DNA of 64,000 nt from an uncultured delta proteobacterium (GCA_963778655.1 CAVZVA010000010.1:512001-576000); one strand, 5' to 3'. Positions 27,962-38,602 are shown, counted from the first letter of the stretch. The notes: generated from the sequence alone by a model not told the origin. Made by a program: numbers and translations.

Positions 27962-29233
27962 TCAGCTCGCCTTCTTGCGGTTTCGCCACTCGGGCGATTC
28001 CACCAGCGCCATGCCCACCAGCCGCATCGCCTCGCTCAGCTGCACACCCAGCTTGCGCGTGAGATCCGGGCTCGCCACGCCCACGTCCGGGTAACCCTTA
28101 CCCTCGGGGTCCGTCTTCACGTTGCCCCAGTTCGCGAACAGCCGCCCCCACTCGCTGTCGAGCACCTTCGTCATCTGTTCCTTGGCATACATCGGGTACC
28201 AGAACGCGTCGTGATAGGCCACCGACGCAATGTACGCCCAGGGCGCGAGCCACGTCTTGAGCGACCACTCCAGCGGCGCCTTCAGCGGGCCCCAGTAGAT
28301 CCGGTGCTGGTTGCGCGACGCGAACGTCATCTTCTTGAACGGTCCGTCGAACTGCCAGCTCTCGTCCATCAGGAACGGATCGCCCACGATCTCGATGTCG
28401 CGCACGTCCCCGCAGCCCAGCCCGCGCTCGTGCGCCAGGCGCACGAACTTCAGATCCTTGAGCGGGTCCATTCCCATCAGCTTCGCGGCCACCGCGTCGA
28501 TCGCTACCTGGTCCGAAGACGCCAGGATCACGTTCTTGACGTGCGGGATCATGCAGCGCGGCCCCGGTCCGTCGCCCGCGAACGTGCCGTCCATCACCGC
28601 GAACACCCCGCGGTGGATCTTCTTCTGGATCATCAGCAGATCCACCAGCGTCTCGTGGATCACCGGATGCGTCCAGTGACGGTGCTCGTTGAGCAAACCG
28701 CCGAATGCGTTCTTCATCGCGCCGGTGGTGGTGGTGAAGATGTGCGTCTTGACCGTGGGCAGGTGGATGATGTTCTCACCGATGAAGCGCTTGGGAATCG
28801 AGAACCCCTTGGGGTAGACCTCGTTCAGGCAGAGGAAGTCCTTGGTCAGGTCCCCGACCGCGTCGCGGATGTTGATCCACTCCTCGCCCTCGTAAAGGTG
28901 CACGTTGCGCAGCCCGTGCGCACGCACCACGTCGATCTGCTTGTTCTCGCGCTCACCCAGGTGCGCGTCGATCACCACCGTGCGGTTGTGACAGGCATGG
29001 ATCAGATCGCTGTTGTAGCCGTCGCCCTTCATGGCGCGGATCACGCCCTCGAGCTGCCAGGGCGTGGTCGACGAGGCCGGGTAGAAAAAGTGCCAGGAGA
29101 TGTTGACCTTGAGCGCGGTATCCGCGTCCTTGGCCACGACCGACTGGTAGTCCGCCAGGTTCATCAGGCGGCGGTAGTCGTCGAGGACAGTCTTGGCCGA
29201 GGTGCGAAGAATGGCGACTTTGGCTTTGCTCAC
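27962..29233 (-). CDS. DUF362 domain protein
   Basis: ALKVNISW, HLPTVKTH...TGAMKNAFG, VMDG...GDGPGP, ASSDQVAIDAV. Confidence 0.88.
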   Translation of the reverse strand: MSKAKVAILRTSAKTVLDDYRRLMNLADYQSVVAKDADTALKVNISWHFFYPASSTTPWQLEGVIRAMKGDGYNSDLIHACHNRTVVIDAHLGERENKQIDVVRAHGLRNVHLYEGEEWINIRDAVGDLTKDFLCLNEVYPKGFSIPKRFIGENIIHLPTVKTHIFTTTTGAMKNAFGGLLNEHRHWTHPVIHETLVDLLMIQKKIHRGVFAVMDGTFAGDGPGPRCMIPHVKNVILASSDQVAIDAVAAKLMGMDPLKDLKFVRLAHERGLGCGDVRDIEIVGDPFLMDESWQFDGPFKKMTFASRNQHRIYWGPLKAPLEWSLKTWLAPWAYIASVAYHDAFWYPMYAKEQMTKVLDSEWGRLFANWGNVKTDPEGKGYPDVGVASPDLTRKLGVQLSEAMRLVGMALVESPEWRNRKKAS

Positions 29234-29339
29234 GGACTCAAAAAAGCATGAAACCCGGGTCCCGTCCAGCCTCCGGCGCCGCCGGCACAGCCGCGGCCGC
29301 CGGGCCTTTGCGTTGAAAAGGCCGCGCCGTGCGCAAGCC

Positions 29340-31373
29340 TCAGCGCGGGCTGGCCGCGATGTTGCCGCCGTCGACCGTGAGCACGGCGCCGCTGGTGCTC
29401 TGTGCCAATGCCAGGCTCACGAAGGCCTGGGCCACATCGCCGGCCGTCACCTCGCGCCGCAGCAGATTGGCGCGGTAGTAGTCGTCCGCCTCGAGCCCCC
29501 TGGCCCGCGCGCGCGCCTCCACCTCGCGGGCGTCGAGCAGCCCGGTGCGCACCCGGTCGGCGTTGACCGCGTTGCTGCGGATGCCGTGCTCGCCGAGCTC
29601 GAGCGCATACTGCTTGACCAGCGCGATCAGCGCGGCCTTGGGGATCGCATACGGCCCGAAGCCGGCGCCCGGATTGAACGCGGCCTTGGACGCGTTGAAC
29701 AGCAAGAAGCCTCCGCGCCCCTGGCGCTTCATGACGTCGGCCGCTTCCGAGGCGACCCAATGGTGGGCGTAGAAGTTGATCGCAAAGCTCTGCGCGAGCG
29801 CTTCGGTGCTGGCGTGCTCGATTGGCGCCTGCGGCGCCACGCCCGCGTTCGACACCACGCCGTCGACCCCGCCGTACAGCTGCACCGCGTGCTGGACGCT
29901 GCGCCGCACCGCGCGCTCGTCGGTCAGCTCGAGCACCTCGTAGCCGCAGCCGAGCTCGCGGCCGAGCGTGCCCAGCGCCTCGGCCTCGCGGTCGACCAGG
30001 TACAGCGCCGCACCTTCGCGCGCGAAGCGCCGCGCGGTGGCGGCGCCGATGCCGCTCGCGGCGCCCGTCACGTACACCACCTGGCCCTGCAGCGGCTTGG
30101 GCTGCGACTTGCCGAGCTTGGCCTGCTCGAGCGACCAGTACTCCATGTCGAAGATGTCGCCCTCGGGCAGGGCCTGATACTGGCCCACCGCCTGCGCGTT
30201 GCGGATCACGCTGATGGTGTGCTCGTAGATGTCGGCGGCGATCCGCGCTGCCGCTAGCGTGGTGCCCGCGGTGACCACCCCGAGCCCCGGCACCAGCACC
30301 ACGCGCGGGTCGGGATCGATCGGCTTGACCACGATGCCCTTGGCGCTCATCTGGCGCTGTACGTAGCTCTCGTAGTCGGCGCGGTAGCGCGCGAGTCGCT
30401 CGCTCAACCGCTCGCGCAGCCCGACCTCGCCGTGGCCCTGCTCCACGCGCGCCAGCAGCGGAAAGCGCTTGGTGCGGATCACGTGGTCGGGCGTGGCGCA
30501 GCCGATCTGCGACAGCGTCTCGAGCTGCGGGTCGGCCAGGAGCTCCTGGATCTCGGAGCTGCTGCGCAGGTGCAGCACGTAGCGCCGCCCGCCCTCGCAC
30601 AGCAGCCCGCGCAACACCGGCGCGAGCTCGCCGTATGCCAGCGGCGCGACCGGCGCGACCGAGGGACGCCGCGCCGACCAGTAGCGCCGCTTGCCGCAGA
30701 ACTCCTCGGCCTCGTGCACCGCACGGATGTGCCGCTCGTATGACTCGCGCGAGCTCGCGCCGAAGGTGAACAGCCCGTGTTGCAGCAGCAGCAAGCCATC
30801 GACCGCAGGATTGGCCTCGTAGACCTCGGCGGCGCGCTTGGCCAGCGCGAAGCCGGGCATGATGTACGCCACGATGCCCAAGCGCTCGCCGAAGCGCTCG
30901 CGGCATATGCGCTCGGCCTCGGGCTGGTCGACGAGGCTGAGGATAGCATCGGCGTGCGAGTGGTCGATCACCTTGTGCGGCAGAAACGCGTGCAGCAGCG
31001 TCTCCACCGAAGGGTTCGGCGCCGAGGCGTCGAGCATGCGCGTACGCTGGGCGTTGACCATGTCCTCGTCGCTCAGCTTGTCGAGGTGGCGCAGCGCCTT
31101 GAGCGGCTCGAGCCGCAGCGCCGGCAGCCCCTCGGGCTCGATCTCGGCAAGGTCCCAACCGCTGCCCTTGACGCACAGCACCTCGGTGTCGCGCCCGAGG
31201 TCATCCTTGACCACGGTCTTGACCGAGGTGTTGCCGCCGCCGTGCAGCACCAGCGTGGGGTCCGCGCCGATCAACCGCGAGCTGTACACGCGCAGCGCCA
31301 CGTCGGCGTTGCAGCGCTGGCGGTAGCGCTCGACCATGGCTTGCGCCTCGGCTTCGGACCACTTGCTCTCCAT
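29340..31373 (-). CDS. Bifunctional class II aldolase / short-chain dehydrogenase
   Basis: GGGNTSVK, VKGSGWDL, PSVETLLH, HSHAD aldolase motifs; TGAASGIG, NAG and YAIPK SDR motifs. Confidence 0.92.
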   Translation of the reverse strand: MESKWSEAEAQAMVERYRQRCNADVALRVYSSRLIGADPTLVLHGGGNTSVKTVVKDDLGRDTEVLCVKGSGWDLAEIEPEGLPALRLEPLKALRHLDKLSDEDMVNAQRTRMLDASAPNPSVETLLHAFLPHKVIDHSHADAILSLVDQPEAERICRERFGERLGIVAYIMPGFALAKRAAEVYEANPAVDGLLLLQHGLFTFGASSRESYERHIRAVHEAEEFCGKRRYWSARRPSVAPVAPLAYGELAPVLRGLLCEGGRRYVLHLRSSSEIQELLADPQLETLSQIGCATPDHVIRTKRFPLLARVEQGHGEVGLRERLSERLARYRADYESYVQRQMSAKGIVVKPIDPDPRVVLVPGLGVVTAGTTLAAARIAADIYEHTISVIRNAQAVGQYQALPEGDIFDMEYWSLEQAKLGKSQPKPLQGQVVYVTGAASGIGAATARRFAREGAALYLVDREAEALGTLGRELGCGYEVLELTDERAVRRSVQHAVQLYGGVDGVVSNAGVAPQAPIEHASTEALAQSFAINFYAHHWVASEAADVMKRQGRGGFLLFNASKAAFNPGAGFGPYAIPKAALIALVKQYALELGEHGIRSNAVNADRVRTGLLDAREVEARARARGLEADDYYRANLLRREVTAGDVAQAFVSLALAQSTSGAVLTVDGGNIAASPR

Positions 31374-31490
31374 GAATGCTGGCTTCTATTACGTCCGCCG
31401 CGCGCGCTCAAGCGGCGGCCCGCGCCAGCCGGGCTTGTGCGAGCCCGCGGTCCCGGGTCAAGCTGGGCGCAGCTCTGCCCGAGGTAAGCC

Positions 31491-32267
31491 ATGCCACGCC
31501 GATTCGTCGACCTGTCGATGTACCTGGAGAACGACGTGATCTCGGATCCACCACCGTTCGGACCGCGCATCACGTACATGAAGCACGAGGACACCTTCTC
31601 GCAAATCGCGCCGTTCTTTCCCGGCCTACAGCAGCAGGAGCTGCCCGACGGGCAGGGCTGGGCGGTGGAGGCGGTGCAGCTCATCACCCACAACGGCACG
31701 CACCTGGACGCGCCCTATCACTTCCATCCCACGATGAACCGCGGCGAGCGCGCGATCACCATCGACGAGGTGCCGCTGCAGTGGTGCTTCCAGCCCGGGG
31801 TCAAGCTCGACTTCCGGCATTTTGCGGACGGCTACGTGGTCAGCGCCAGCGACGTCGAGCAGGAGCTGCAGCGCATCGGCCACGCGCTGCAGCCGTTCGA
31901 GATCGTGATGGTCAACACGCGCGCCGGCTCGCGCTACGGCTGCGACGACTACGTGGAGTCGGGCTGCGGCATGGGCTACGAGGCCACCATGTACCTGCTC
32001 GAGCGCGGCGTGCGGCTGACCGGCACCGACGCCTGGAGCTGGGACGCGCCGTTCAAGCACACCGCCGAGCGCTATGCGGAGACGCGCGACGCGTCGCTGA
32101 TCTGGGAAGGCCACAAGGCCGGCCGGCACATCGGCTACTGCCACCTCGAGAAGCTGCACAACCTCGAGGCGCTGCCGGGCGACGGCTTCACCGTGGCGTG
32201 CTTCCCGGTGAAGATCCGCGGCGCCTCGGCGGGCTGGACGCGCGCGGTCGCGATCTTCGAGGATTGA
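31491..32267 (+). CDS. Cyclase family protein (kynurenine formamidase-like)
   Basis: THNGTHLDAPYH, GTDAWSWD, HLEKLHNL. Confidence 0.92.
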   Translation: MPRRFVDLSMYLENDVISDPPPFGPRITYMKHEDTFSQIAPFFPGLQQQELPDGQGWAVEAVQLITHNGTHLDAPYHFHPTMNRGERAITIDEVPLQWCFQPGVKLDFRHFADGYVVSASDVEQELQRIGHALQPFEIVMVNTRAGSRYGCDDYVESGCGMGYEATMYLLERGVRLTGTDAWSWDAPFKHTAERYAETRDASLIWEGHKAGRHIGYCHLEKLHNLEALPGDGFTVACFPVKIRGASAGWTRAVAIFED

Positions 32268-32280
32268 GCCGCGCTCGCGC

Positions 32281-33090
32281 TCACAGCACGCCCGCCAGCA
32301 GCAGCCCGCCTACCGCAACCGCGGCCGCGAGCCGCCACCAGCCGAACAGCGCGAGCCCGTGTTGCGACAACCAGCGCACCATGAAGCGCACCGACACCAC
32401 CGCCGCCAGCCACGCCATCACGAAGCCAGCCAGCACCGGCAGCCAGCCGTAGGCCTGCACCATGGCGTGGCCGTGCTGCAGCATCTTGTAGGCGGTGGCC
32501 GCGCCCAGCGTGAGCAGCCCGAGCAGAAACGAGAACTCCACCGCCGCCGCCAGCGTGAGCCCGGCGCCGAGCGCGCCCAGGATGGTGGCCAGGCTGCGGC
32601 TGGTGCCGGGCCACAGCGCGGCGCACTGCGCCACGCCGATGATGAGCGCAGCGCGCAGCGGCAGCGTGTCGACATCGTAGCGGCCGCCGCGGCGCGTGTG
32701 CGGGTCGAGCACCAGCACGAGCAATCCGCCCACGGCCCAGGCGATCACGATCGGCCAGGGCCCGAACAGCACGCGCTCGATCGTGCGGTCGAAGGCGAGC
32801 CCGAGCACCGCCGCGGGCACGAACGCCAGCGCCAGCCGCACGCCCAGGCGCAGCCCGCCCGGGTTGCGGCCGAGCGCGCCCTCTGCGATCTCGCCGCAGC
32901 GGCGCCGGTACAGCCCCAGCACCGCCACGATCGCGCCGGCCTGAATTGCGATCGCGTAGGCGTTGGCGGCCTCGCTGGGCGCGATCCCGAGGAGCCGCTG
33001 AGTCACCAGCAGGTGCCCGGTCGAGCTCACCGGCAGGTACTCGGTGAAGCCTTCGACCAGGCCGAGCAGCAGCGCTTGCAGGAGCGTCAT
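32281..33090 (-). CDS. uppP: Undecaprenyl-diphosphate phosphatase
   Basis: VEGFTEYLPVSSTGHL, IQAGAIVAV, PGTSRS, EFSFLL. Confidence 0.95.
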   Translation of the reverse strand: MTLLQALLLGLVEGFTEYLPVSSTGHLLVTQRLLGIAPSEAANAYAIAIQAGAIVAVLGLYRRRCGEIAEGALGRNPGGLRLGVRLALAFVPAAVLGLAFDRTIERVLFGPWPIVIAWAVGGLLVLVLDPHTRRGGRYDVDTLPLRAALIIGVAQCAALWPGTSRSLATILGALGAGLTLAAAVEFSFLLGLLTLGAATAYKMLQHGHAMVQAYGWLPVLAGFVMAWLAAVVSVRFMVRWLSQHGLALFGWWRLAAAVAVGGLLLAGVL

Positions 33091-33302
33091 GGCGGAAGGT
33101 GTCCCCAAGCAGTCGCGGCGGCGGGCTTAGCAGAAGCGCGCGCAACCCACCAGGGCTCCGGGCGCGAGCGGGCGCAGCGTAGCAAGCCACGCCGGGGGAG
33201 GGGGGGCCAATGGCTTTGCCGCTGGGGCGCGAGCGGCGCGTGCCCCTGCCCGGTGGACGACTCCCGCGCGCGCGTTGCTGGCGCATGCAGTAAGCTCGCT
33301 CG

Positions 33303-34553
33303 GTGAGCGGACGGATCGTGCTGCATGCCGACATGGACGCGTTCTACGCGTCGATCGAGCAGCGCGACCGGCCCGAGCTGCGCGGCAAGCCGGTGATCGT
33401 GGGCGCGACCTCGCCGCGCGGCGTGGTGGCCGCCGCCTCGTACGAGGCACGCACGTTCGGCGTGCGCAGCGCCATGCCGGGCTTTCGCGCGCGCGAGCTG
33501 TGTCCCGACGGCGTCTACTTGCCCTCCGACATGGGCAAGTACGTGGCGGTCTCGGAACAAGTGCGGCACGTGTTCGAGGAGCTCACGCCAATCGTGGAGC
33601 CGCTCGCGCTGGACGAAGCGTTTCTCGACGTGACCGCGTCGGTCTCACTGTTCGGCGGGCCGGTCGAGATCGCGCGCCGGCTCAAGCAGCGCGTGCGCGA
33701 GGTGGTGCAGCTGCCGGTCTCGTGCGGCATCGCGAGCAACAAGCTGGTGGCCAAGATCGCCTGCACGCTGGGCAAGCCAGACGGCCTGTTGTGGGTGCCA
33801 CCCGAACAGACGCGCGCGTTGCTCGACCCGCTACCGATCCGCTGGCTGTGGGGCATCGGCCCGGTGGCGGAGAAGGCGCTGCGGCAGGCAGGCTATCAGC
33901 GCTTGGCGGACGTGGCCGGCGCCGAGCCGCACGCGCTTGGCCAGGTGGTCGGCACCGAACGTGCTCGGGCGCTGATCGCGCTGGCGCGCGGCGAGGACGA
34001 GCGCGAGGTGGAAGCGCAGCGCGAGGCCAAGAGCTACGGCGAGGAGAACACCTTCGAGCGCGACGTGAGCGCGCGCGAGCAGGTGACGCAGGCGCTCAGC
34101 AGCCACGCGCAGGCGGTGGCGCGGCGACTGCGCCACGACGGGCTGCGCGCGCGCACCATCACGCTCAAGCTCAAGCTCGGGCGCGCGCGCGGCCAGCGCA
34201 CGGCGCGCAGCGATGCGGACGGCTTCGAGCCGCTCTATCCGCTGCTCACGCGCAGCCGTAGCCTGCGCCAGCCCACCGACGACGGCGCGGTGATCCGGCG
34301 TGTCGCGATCGAGCTGTGGGACGCGGCCGCGGTGGGCGAGCCGGTCCGACTGCTCGGGGTGAGCGTGAGTAACCTCGACGCCTCGACTGAACAGCAGCTC
34401 GAGCTGTTCGGCGGAGCCCAGGCGCGGCGCGGCAAGCGGCTCGGCCCCGCGCTCGACGCGATCCGCGAGCGCTTCGGGCCGGACGCCATCCGCGTGGGCC
34501 AGGAGGCACCCCCCAAGCTCACCCCGAGCGGTCGCCGCAAGCGCGGGCAGTAA
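33303..34553 (+). CDS. dinB: DNA polymerase IV (Y family)
   Basis: HADMDAFYASIE, SYEARTFGVRSAMP, LDEAFLDV, NKLVAKIA. Confidence 0.95.
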   Translation: MSGRIVLHADMDAFYASIEQRDRPELRGKPVIVGATSPRGVVAAASYEARTFGVRSAMPGFRARELCPDGVYLPSDMGKYVAVSEQVRHVFEELTPIVEPLALDEAFLDVTASVSLFGGPVEIARRLKQRVREVVQLPVSCGIASNKLVAKIACTLGKPDGLLWVPPEQTRALLDPLPIRWLWGIGPVAEKALRQAGYQRLADVAGAEPHALGQVVGTERARALIALARGEDEREVEAQREAKSYGEENTFERDVSAREQVTQALSSHAQAVARRLRHDGLRARTITLKLKLGRARGQRTARSDADGFEPLYPLLTRSRSLRQPTDDGAVIRRVAIELWDAAAVGEPVRLLGVSVSNLDASTEQQLELFGGAQARRGKRLGPALDAIRERFGPDAIRVGQEAPPKLTPSGRRKRGQ

Positions 34554-34687
34554 GAACCAGCGCAACCGGGAAGGCGGCAATGCGCGTGCTGGAACGACCT
34601 CCCCAGCCCGGCGTCGCCCGCCCGACCGGGTCGCCCCAGGCTCCGAAATCGCTCATACTTCGAAGCTACGCCCAGGACGCGGCGCCC

Positions 34688-36301
34688 ATGGCCGACGATC
34701 CACAAACGACCGAAGACACCGTCCAGCAGGTGCAACGCCTGCGTGCACGCATCGCCGAGCTGGAACGGGCCGAGGAACGCCTGCGCGAGAGCGAGCAGCG
34801 CTTTCGGACGCTGGTGGAGGGCTCGTTCGAAGGCTTGATGGTCTCGATGGACGGCAAGGTGATCGAGACCAACGCGAGCTGCGCCGCGCTGGTGGGCCTG
34901 ACGCGCGAGCAGATGCTAGGCAAGACGGTCGCCGACTTCGCCACGCCCGCATCGGCGGCGTTGATTCTGGAGCGCATCCGCCAGGGCACCGAGGCGCCGT
35001 ACGAAGCGGTCGGCGTGCGTCACGACGGCAGCACGTTTCCGTGCGAGATCCTCGGCCGCAACATCCTCTACCAGGGACAGCAGGCGCGCATCACCGCGAT
35101 CCGCGACCTGACCGAACGCAAGCGCGGCGAGGACGAGAAGAAGCGACTGCAAGAGCAGATGCTGCACGCCCAGAAGCTGGAGACGCTGGGCGTGCTCGCC
35201 GGCGGCGTGGCCCACGACTTCAACAACCTGCTGCTGGTGGTGCTCGGCCACGCCGAGCTGGCGCTGGCGGGCGCCCAGGATGACTCAGCTATCCACGCGC
35301 ACCTTTCGCAGATCCGCGCCGCGGCGCTGCGCGCGAGCGAGCTCACCTCGCAGATGCTGACCTATGCGGGACGGACCACCGGACAGCCCGAGCCGCTCGA
35401 TCTCGGCGAGCTAGTGCGCGAGATGAACGAGCTGCTGCGGGTGTCGGTATCCAAGCGCGCGCACGTGGTGCTCGAGCTGGCCAGCGGCTTGCCCGCGATC
35501 GACGCCGATCCGGGCCAGCTGCGGCAAGTCGTGATGAACCTGATCACCAACGCGTCCGACGCGCTCGGCGACGAGCCCGGCGAGATCCATCTGCGCACCG
35601 CGCTTGTCTCGCTGGACCAGAGCCGACTCGATCACGCGGTGCTCAACACCACCGACGGGCCGGGGCGCTACGTGTGCCTCGAGGTCCGCGACCAGGGTTG
35701 CGGCATGGACCGCGCCACGCTCGGGCGCATCTTCGATCCGTTCTTCAGCACCAAGTTCGCGGGCCGCGGGCTGGGGCTGGCGTCGCTGCTCGGCGTGGTG
35801 CGCGCGCACCGCGGCGCAATCGAGGTCGAAAGCGAGCCTGGACGCGGCGCGCGCTTTACCGTGTGCTTGCCGCCCAGCAGGCTCGCCGCGCGCCCTAGCG
35901 AGCGACCGCCGCGCGCGCCCGAGCCGGCCAGCCCCCAGCGCGGGCTGGCGCTGCTGGCCGACGACGAGCCGATGCTGCGCCGGGTGGGTGCCGAGATCCT
36001 CGGCTCGCTCGGCTTCGAGGTGCTAACCGCCGAGGACGGACGGCAGGCGGTCGACATCTTCCGCAACCTCAGCCACGAGATCGGGCTGGTGGTGTTGGAC
36101 GCGACCATGCCGCGGATGGGCGGCGCCGAGGCGCTGCAGGCGATCCGTGCGCTGGCGCCGGCCACGCCGGTGATCATGGTCAGCGGCTTCCAGGAGCGCA
36201 CGCCCGAGCCCAGCGCGGACCCGCACCTGGCGTTCCTGGCCAAGCCCTTCGAGATCAGCGTGCTGGTCTCGACCGTCGACGCGCTGACGCGACCCGATTA
36301 G
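34688..36301 (+). CDS. PAS-domain hybrid sensor histidine kinase with receiver domain
   Basis: PAS; LAGGVAHDFNNLL; NLITNASDA; FDPFFSTK; GRGLGL; receiver ADDE...LDATMP...KPF. Confidence 0.95.
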   Translation: MADDPQTTEDTVQQVQRLRARIAELERAEERLRESEQRFRTLVEGSFEGLMVSMDGKVIETNASCAALVGLTREQMLGKTVADFATPASAALILERIRQGTEAPYEAVGVRHDGSTFPCEILGRNILYQGQQARITAIRDLTERKRGEDEKKRLQEQMLHAQKLETLGVLAGGVAHDFNNLLLVVLGHAELALAGAQDDSAIHAHLSQIRAAALRASELTSQMLTYAGRTTGQPEPLDLGELVREMNELLRVSVSKRAHVVLELASGLPAIDADPGQLRQVVMNLITNASDALGDEPGEIHLRTALVSLDQSRLDHAVLNTTDGPGRYVCLEVRDQGCGMDRATLGRIFDPFFSTKFAGRGLGLASLLGVVRAHRGAIEVESEPGRGARFTVCLPPSRLAARPSERPPRAPEPASPQRGLALLADDEPMLRRVGAEILGSLGFEVLTAEDGRQAVDIFRNLSHEIGLVVLDATMPRMGGAEALQAIRALAPATPVIMVSGFQERTPEPSADPHLAFLAKPFEISVLVSTVDALTRPD

Positions 36302-36981
36302 GGCCACGAGGCCTGCCGCGCGAGCACCGCCGCCGAGAGCGGCGTGCCGGCCGGCAGCGCGGGGTCGGGCACGGGTGCACCGAGCTGCAGCCGCAGCGGC
36401 AGCTCGCCGGCCCAGCACGGGTGCGCGAGATCGGCGCCGGAGTCGAGCGGCGGGCCGCTGCGGATCTTGGCCGAGGCCTCGGCGATCTGCAGCTCGAGCA
36501 CCAGGGTGGCGCGCAGCTCCTCGTCGCTCGGCGCGCGCGTCTCGCGCGAGCGGCCCGGGGCGATGTGCTCGACCAGCGCGTCGAGCGCGGCGCGCTGGTC
36601 GGCCGGTTCCAGCAGCTCTCGCGCGTGCGAGAACAGCGTGACGCAGCGGAAGTTCATCGAGTGGTGGAACGCGGTGCGTGCCAGCACCAGGCCGTCGAGC
36701 AAGGTGAAGGTCACCGCCGCCTCGCGCCCATCGGCGAGCGCACGGAACATGCGGTTGGCGCGCGCGCCGTGCACGTACAAGCGGTCGCCTGCGCGCGCGT
36801 GCGCGGTCGGCAGCACGAAGGGGCGCCCCTCCAGCTCGAAGCCGACGTGGCAGCACAGAGCCTCGTCGATGATGGCGTATATGGTCGCGCGCTCGTGGCT
36901 GCCGCGCTCGGCATGGCGCTTGAGCGTGGTGCGCGGAGTCTGCGGCAGGCTGGCCGCGGGCTTGGCGTCGGGACTCGTCAT
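36298..36981 (-). CDS. Pyridoxamine 5'-phosphate oxidase-like FMN-binding protein
   Basis: LYVHGARANRM, LDGLVLARTAFHHSMNFR, SAKIRSGPP, WAGELP. Confidence 0.92.
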   Translation of the reverse strand: MTSPDAKPAASLPQTPRTTLKRHAERGSHERATIYAIIDEALCCHVGFELEGRPFVLPTAHARAGDRLYVHGARANRMFRALADGREAAVTFTLLDGLVLARTAFHHSMNFRCVTLFSHARELLEPADQRAALDALVEHIAPGRSRETRAPSDEELRATLVLELQIAEASAKIRSGPPLDSGADLAHPCWAGELPLRLQLGAPVPDPALPAGTPLSAAVLARQASWP

Positions 36982-36988
36982 GGGCTAG

Positions 36989-37048
36989 AAGTGGTCTGCG
37001 GCTGGTCTATGAAAAAGTACCGGATTCGAGATAATGGCTAGACCACTT
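36989..37048. promoter_or_regulatory. Putative MocR-type operator
   Basis: TGGTCT direct repeats 11 bp apart (36992, 37003); AAGTGGTCT (36989) is a perfect inverted repeat of AGACCACTT (37040). Confidence 0.6.
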
Positions 37049-38521
37049 CAACACTGGGACCTGAGCCTGCGGCTGGAGCACGATGCCTCAGGCCAACCGC
37101 TGTTCGTGCGGATTTCGCGCGCGATCGCCGATGACATCCGCGCCGGCCGACTGGCCGCGGGCGCGCGCCTGCCGGGTAGCCGGGCGCTCGCGCGCGGGCT
37201 CGCGGTGCACCGCAACACCGTGCTGGCCGCCTATCGCGAGCTGCTCGCGGAGGGCTTCCTGCAGGGGCGCGCGGGCAGCGGCACCTTCGTCGCGAGCGCG
37301 CTTCCCGAGCGCCCGGCGCGACGCCTGACACGCGCGCACAAGAGCCCGGCGCGGCCCGCGCGCGCGGGCTTCGAGCTGCCGCCGGCACGGCTGCCCGCCG
37401 CCGTCCCGTCCCAGGCCCCGCCGCCGGGCACGCTCGCGCTATACGGTGGTCTGCCGGACGTGCGCCTTTCGCCCGGGCAGGCGCTGGCACGCGCGTATCG
37501 CCGCGCGCTGCGCCAGCGAGCGCCGCTCGGCTACGGCGATCCGCGCGGGCACCCGCGGCTGCGCGCAGCGCTGGCGCTGATGCTGAACGCGACCCGCGGG
37601 CTCGCGCTCGGCCCCGACGATCTGCTGATCACGGCCGGCAGCCAGATGGCGCTGGCGCTCGCTGCCAAGGTCGCTCTGGTGCCGGGCGACCTGGTCGCGG
37701 TCGAGCAATACGGCTACCGCCCGGCGTGGGAAGCGCTGCGCGCAGCCGGCGCCGAGCTGCTGCCCTTGCCGCTGGACCAGCACGGGTTGCGCGTGGATGC
37801 GCTCGATGCGCTGTGCCGCAGCCGGCGCGTGCGCGGGGTCTACCTCACGCCACACCACCAGTATCCGACCACGGCTACGCTCTCGGCACCGCGCCGGCTC
37901 GCACTGCTTGCGCTGGCCGAGCGCGAACGGCTGTTCGTGCTCGAAGACGACTACGACCACGAGTTTCACTACCAGGGCCGCCCGGTGCTGCCACTCGCGA
38001 GCAGCGACCAGGCCGGCGTCGTGATCTACGTGGGCACGCTCTCCAAGGTGCTGGCGCCCTCGCTGCGCATCGGCTACCTGGTCGCGCCGCACGCGCTGTT
38101 GGAGCGGGCCACGGCCGAGCGCTTCTACCTCGACCGCCAGGGCGACCACGCGCTCGAGCTCGCACTCTCGGAGCTGTTCGAGGACGGCGAGATCCAGCGC
38201 CACCTGCGGCGCACGCGACGCATCTACCACGCGCGACGCGATCACTTCGTCGCGCTGCTGCAGCAGACCTTCGGCGAGCGCTTGCAGTTCCAGGTGCCGG
38301 CTGGCGGCATGGCGCTGTGGGCCAAGCTCTCGCCGCGCGTGCGGGTCGAGCGCTGGCTGGAGCGCGGCGCGGCCCAGGGCGTGTTGTTCCAGCCCGGACG
38401 CCAATTCGATTTCGCCGGACGCGCCCTGCCGCACGTGCGCCTGGGCTACGCGGGTCTGGCCGAGGACGAGCTGAGCGAGGCGGTCGGACGCCTGCAGCGG
38501 GCATGGCCGGGGCCGGCGTAG
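37034..38521 (+). CDS. MocR/GabR family regulator (GntR HTH + PLP aminotransferase-like domain)
   Basis: RLPGSRALA...HRNTV...AYREL; YLTPHHQYPT; EDDYDHEF; GTLSKVLAPSLRIGY. Confidence 0.95.
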   Translation: MARPLQHWDLSLRLEHDASGQPLFVRISRAIADDIRAGRLAAGARLPGSRALARGLAVHRNTVLAAYRELLAEGFLQGRAGSGTFVASALPERPARRLTRAHKSPARPARAGFELPPARLPAAVPSQAPPPGTLALYGGLPDVRLSPGQALARAYRRALRQRAPLGYGDPRGHPRLRAALALMLNATRGLALGPDDLLITAGSQMALALAAKVALVPGDLVAVEQYGYRPAWEALRAAGAELLPLPLDQHGLRVDALDALCRSRRVRGVYLTPHHQYPTTATLSAPRRLALLALAERERLFVLEDDYDHEFHYQGRPVLPLASSDQAGVVIYVGTLSKVLAPSLRIGYLVAPHALLERATAERFYLDRQGDHALELALSELFEDGEIQRHLRRTRRIYHARRDHFVALLQQTFGERLQFQVPAGGMALWAKLSPRVRVERWLERGAAQGVLFQPGRQFDFAGRALPHVRLGYAGLAEDELSEAVGRLQRAWPGPA

Positions 38522-38602
38522 CGCGGCCGGCGCAGCATGGGGTAGGCTGCGGGCGCCGTTCCGCGGGTCTGCTGGCGAAGCACTGAGCACGAGACCTCAT
38601 CG

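Noticed and set aside
33091..33302. LexA/SOS box before dinB
   Set aside because: No convincing palindrome or known LexA motif found by eye.
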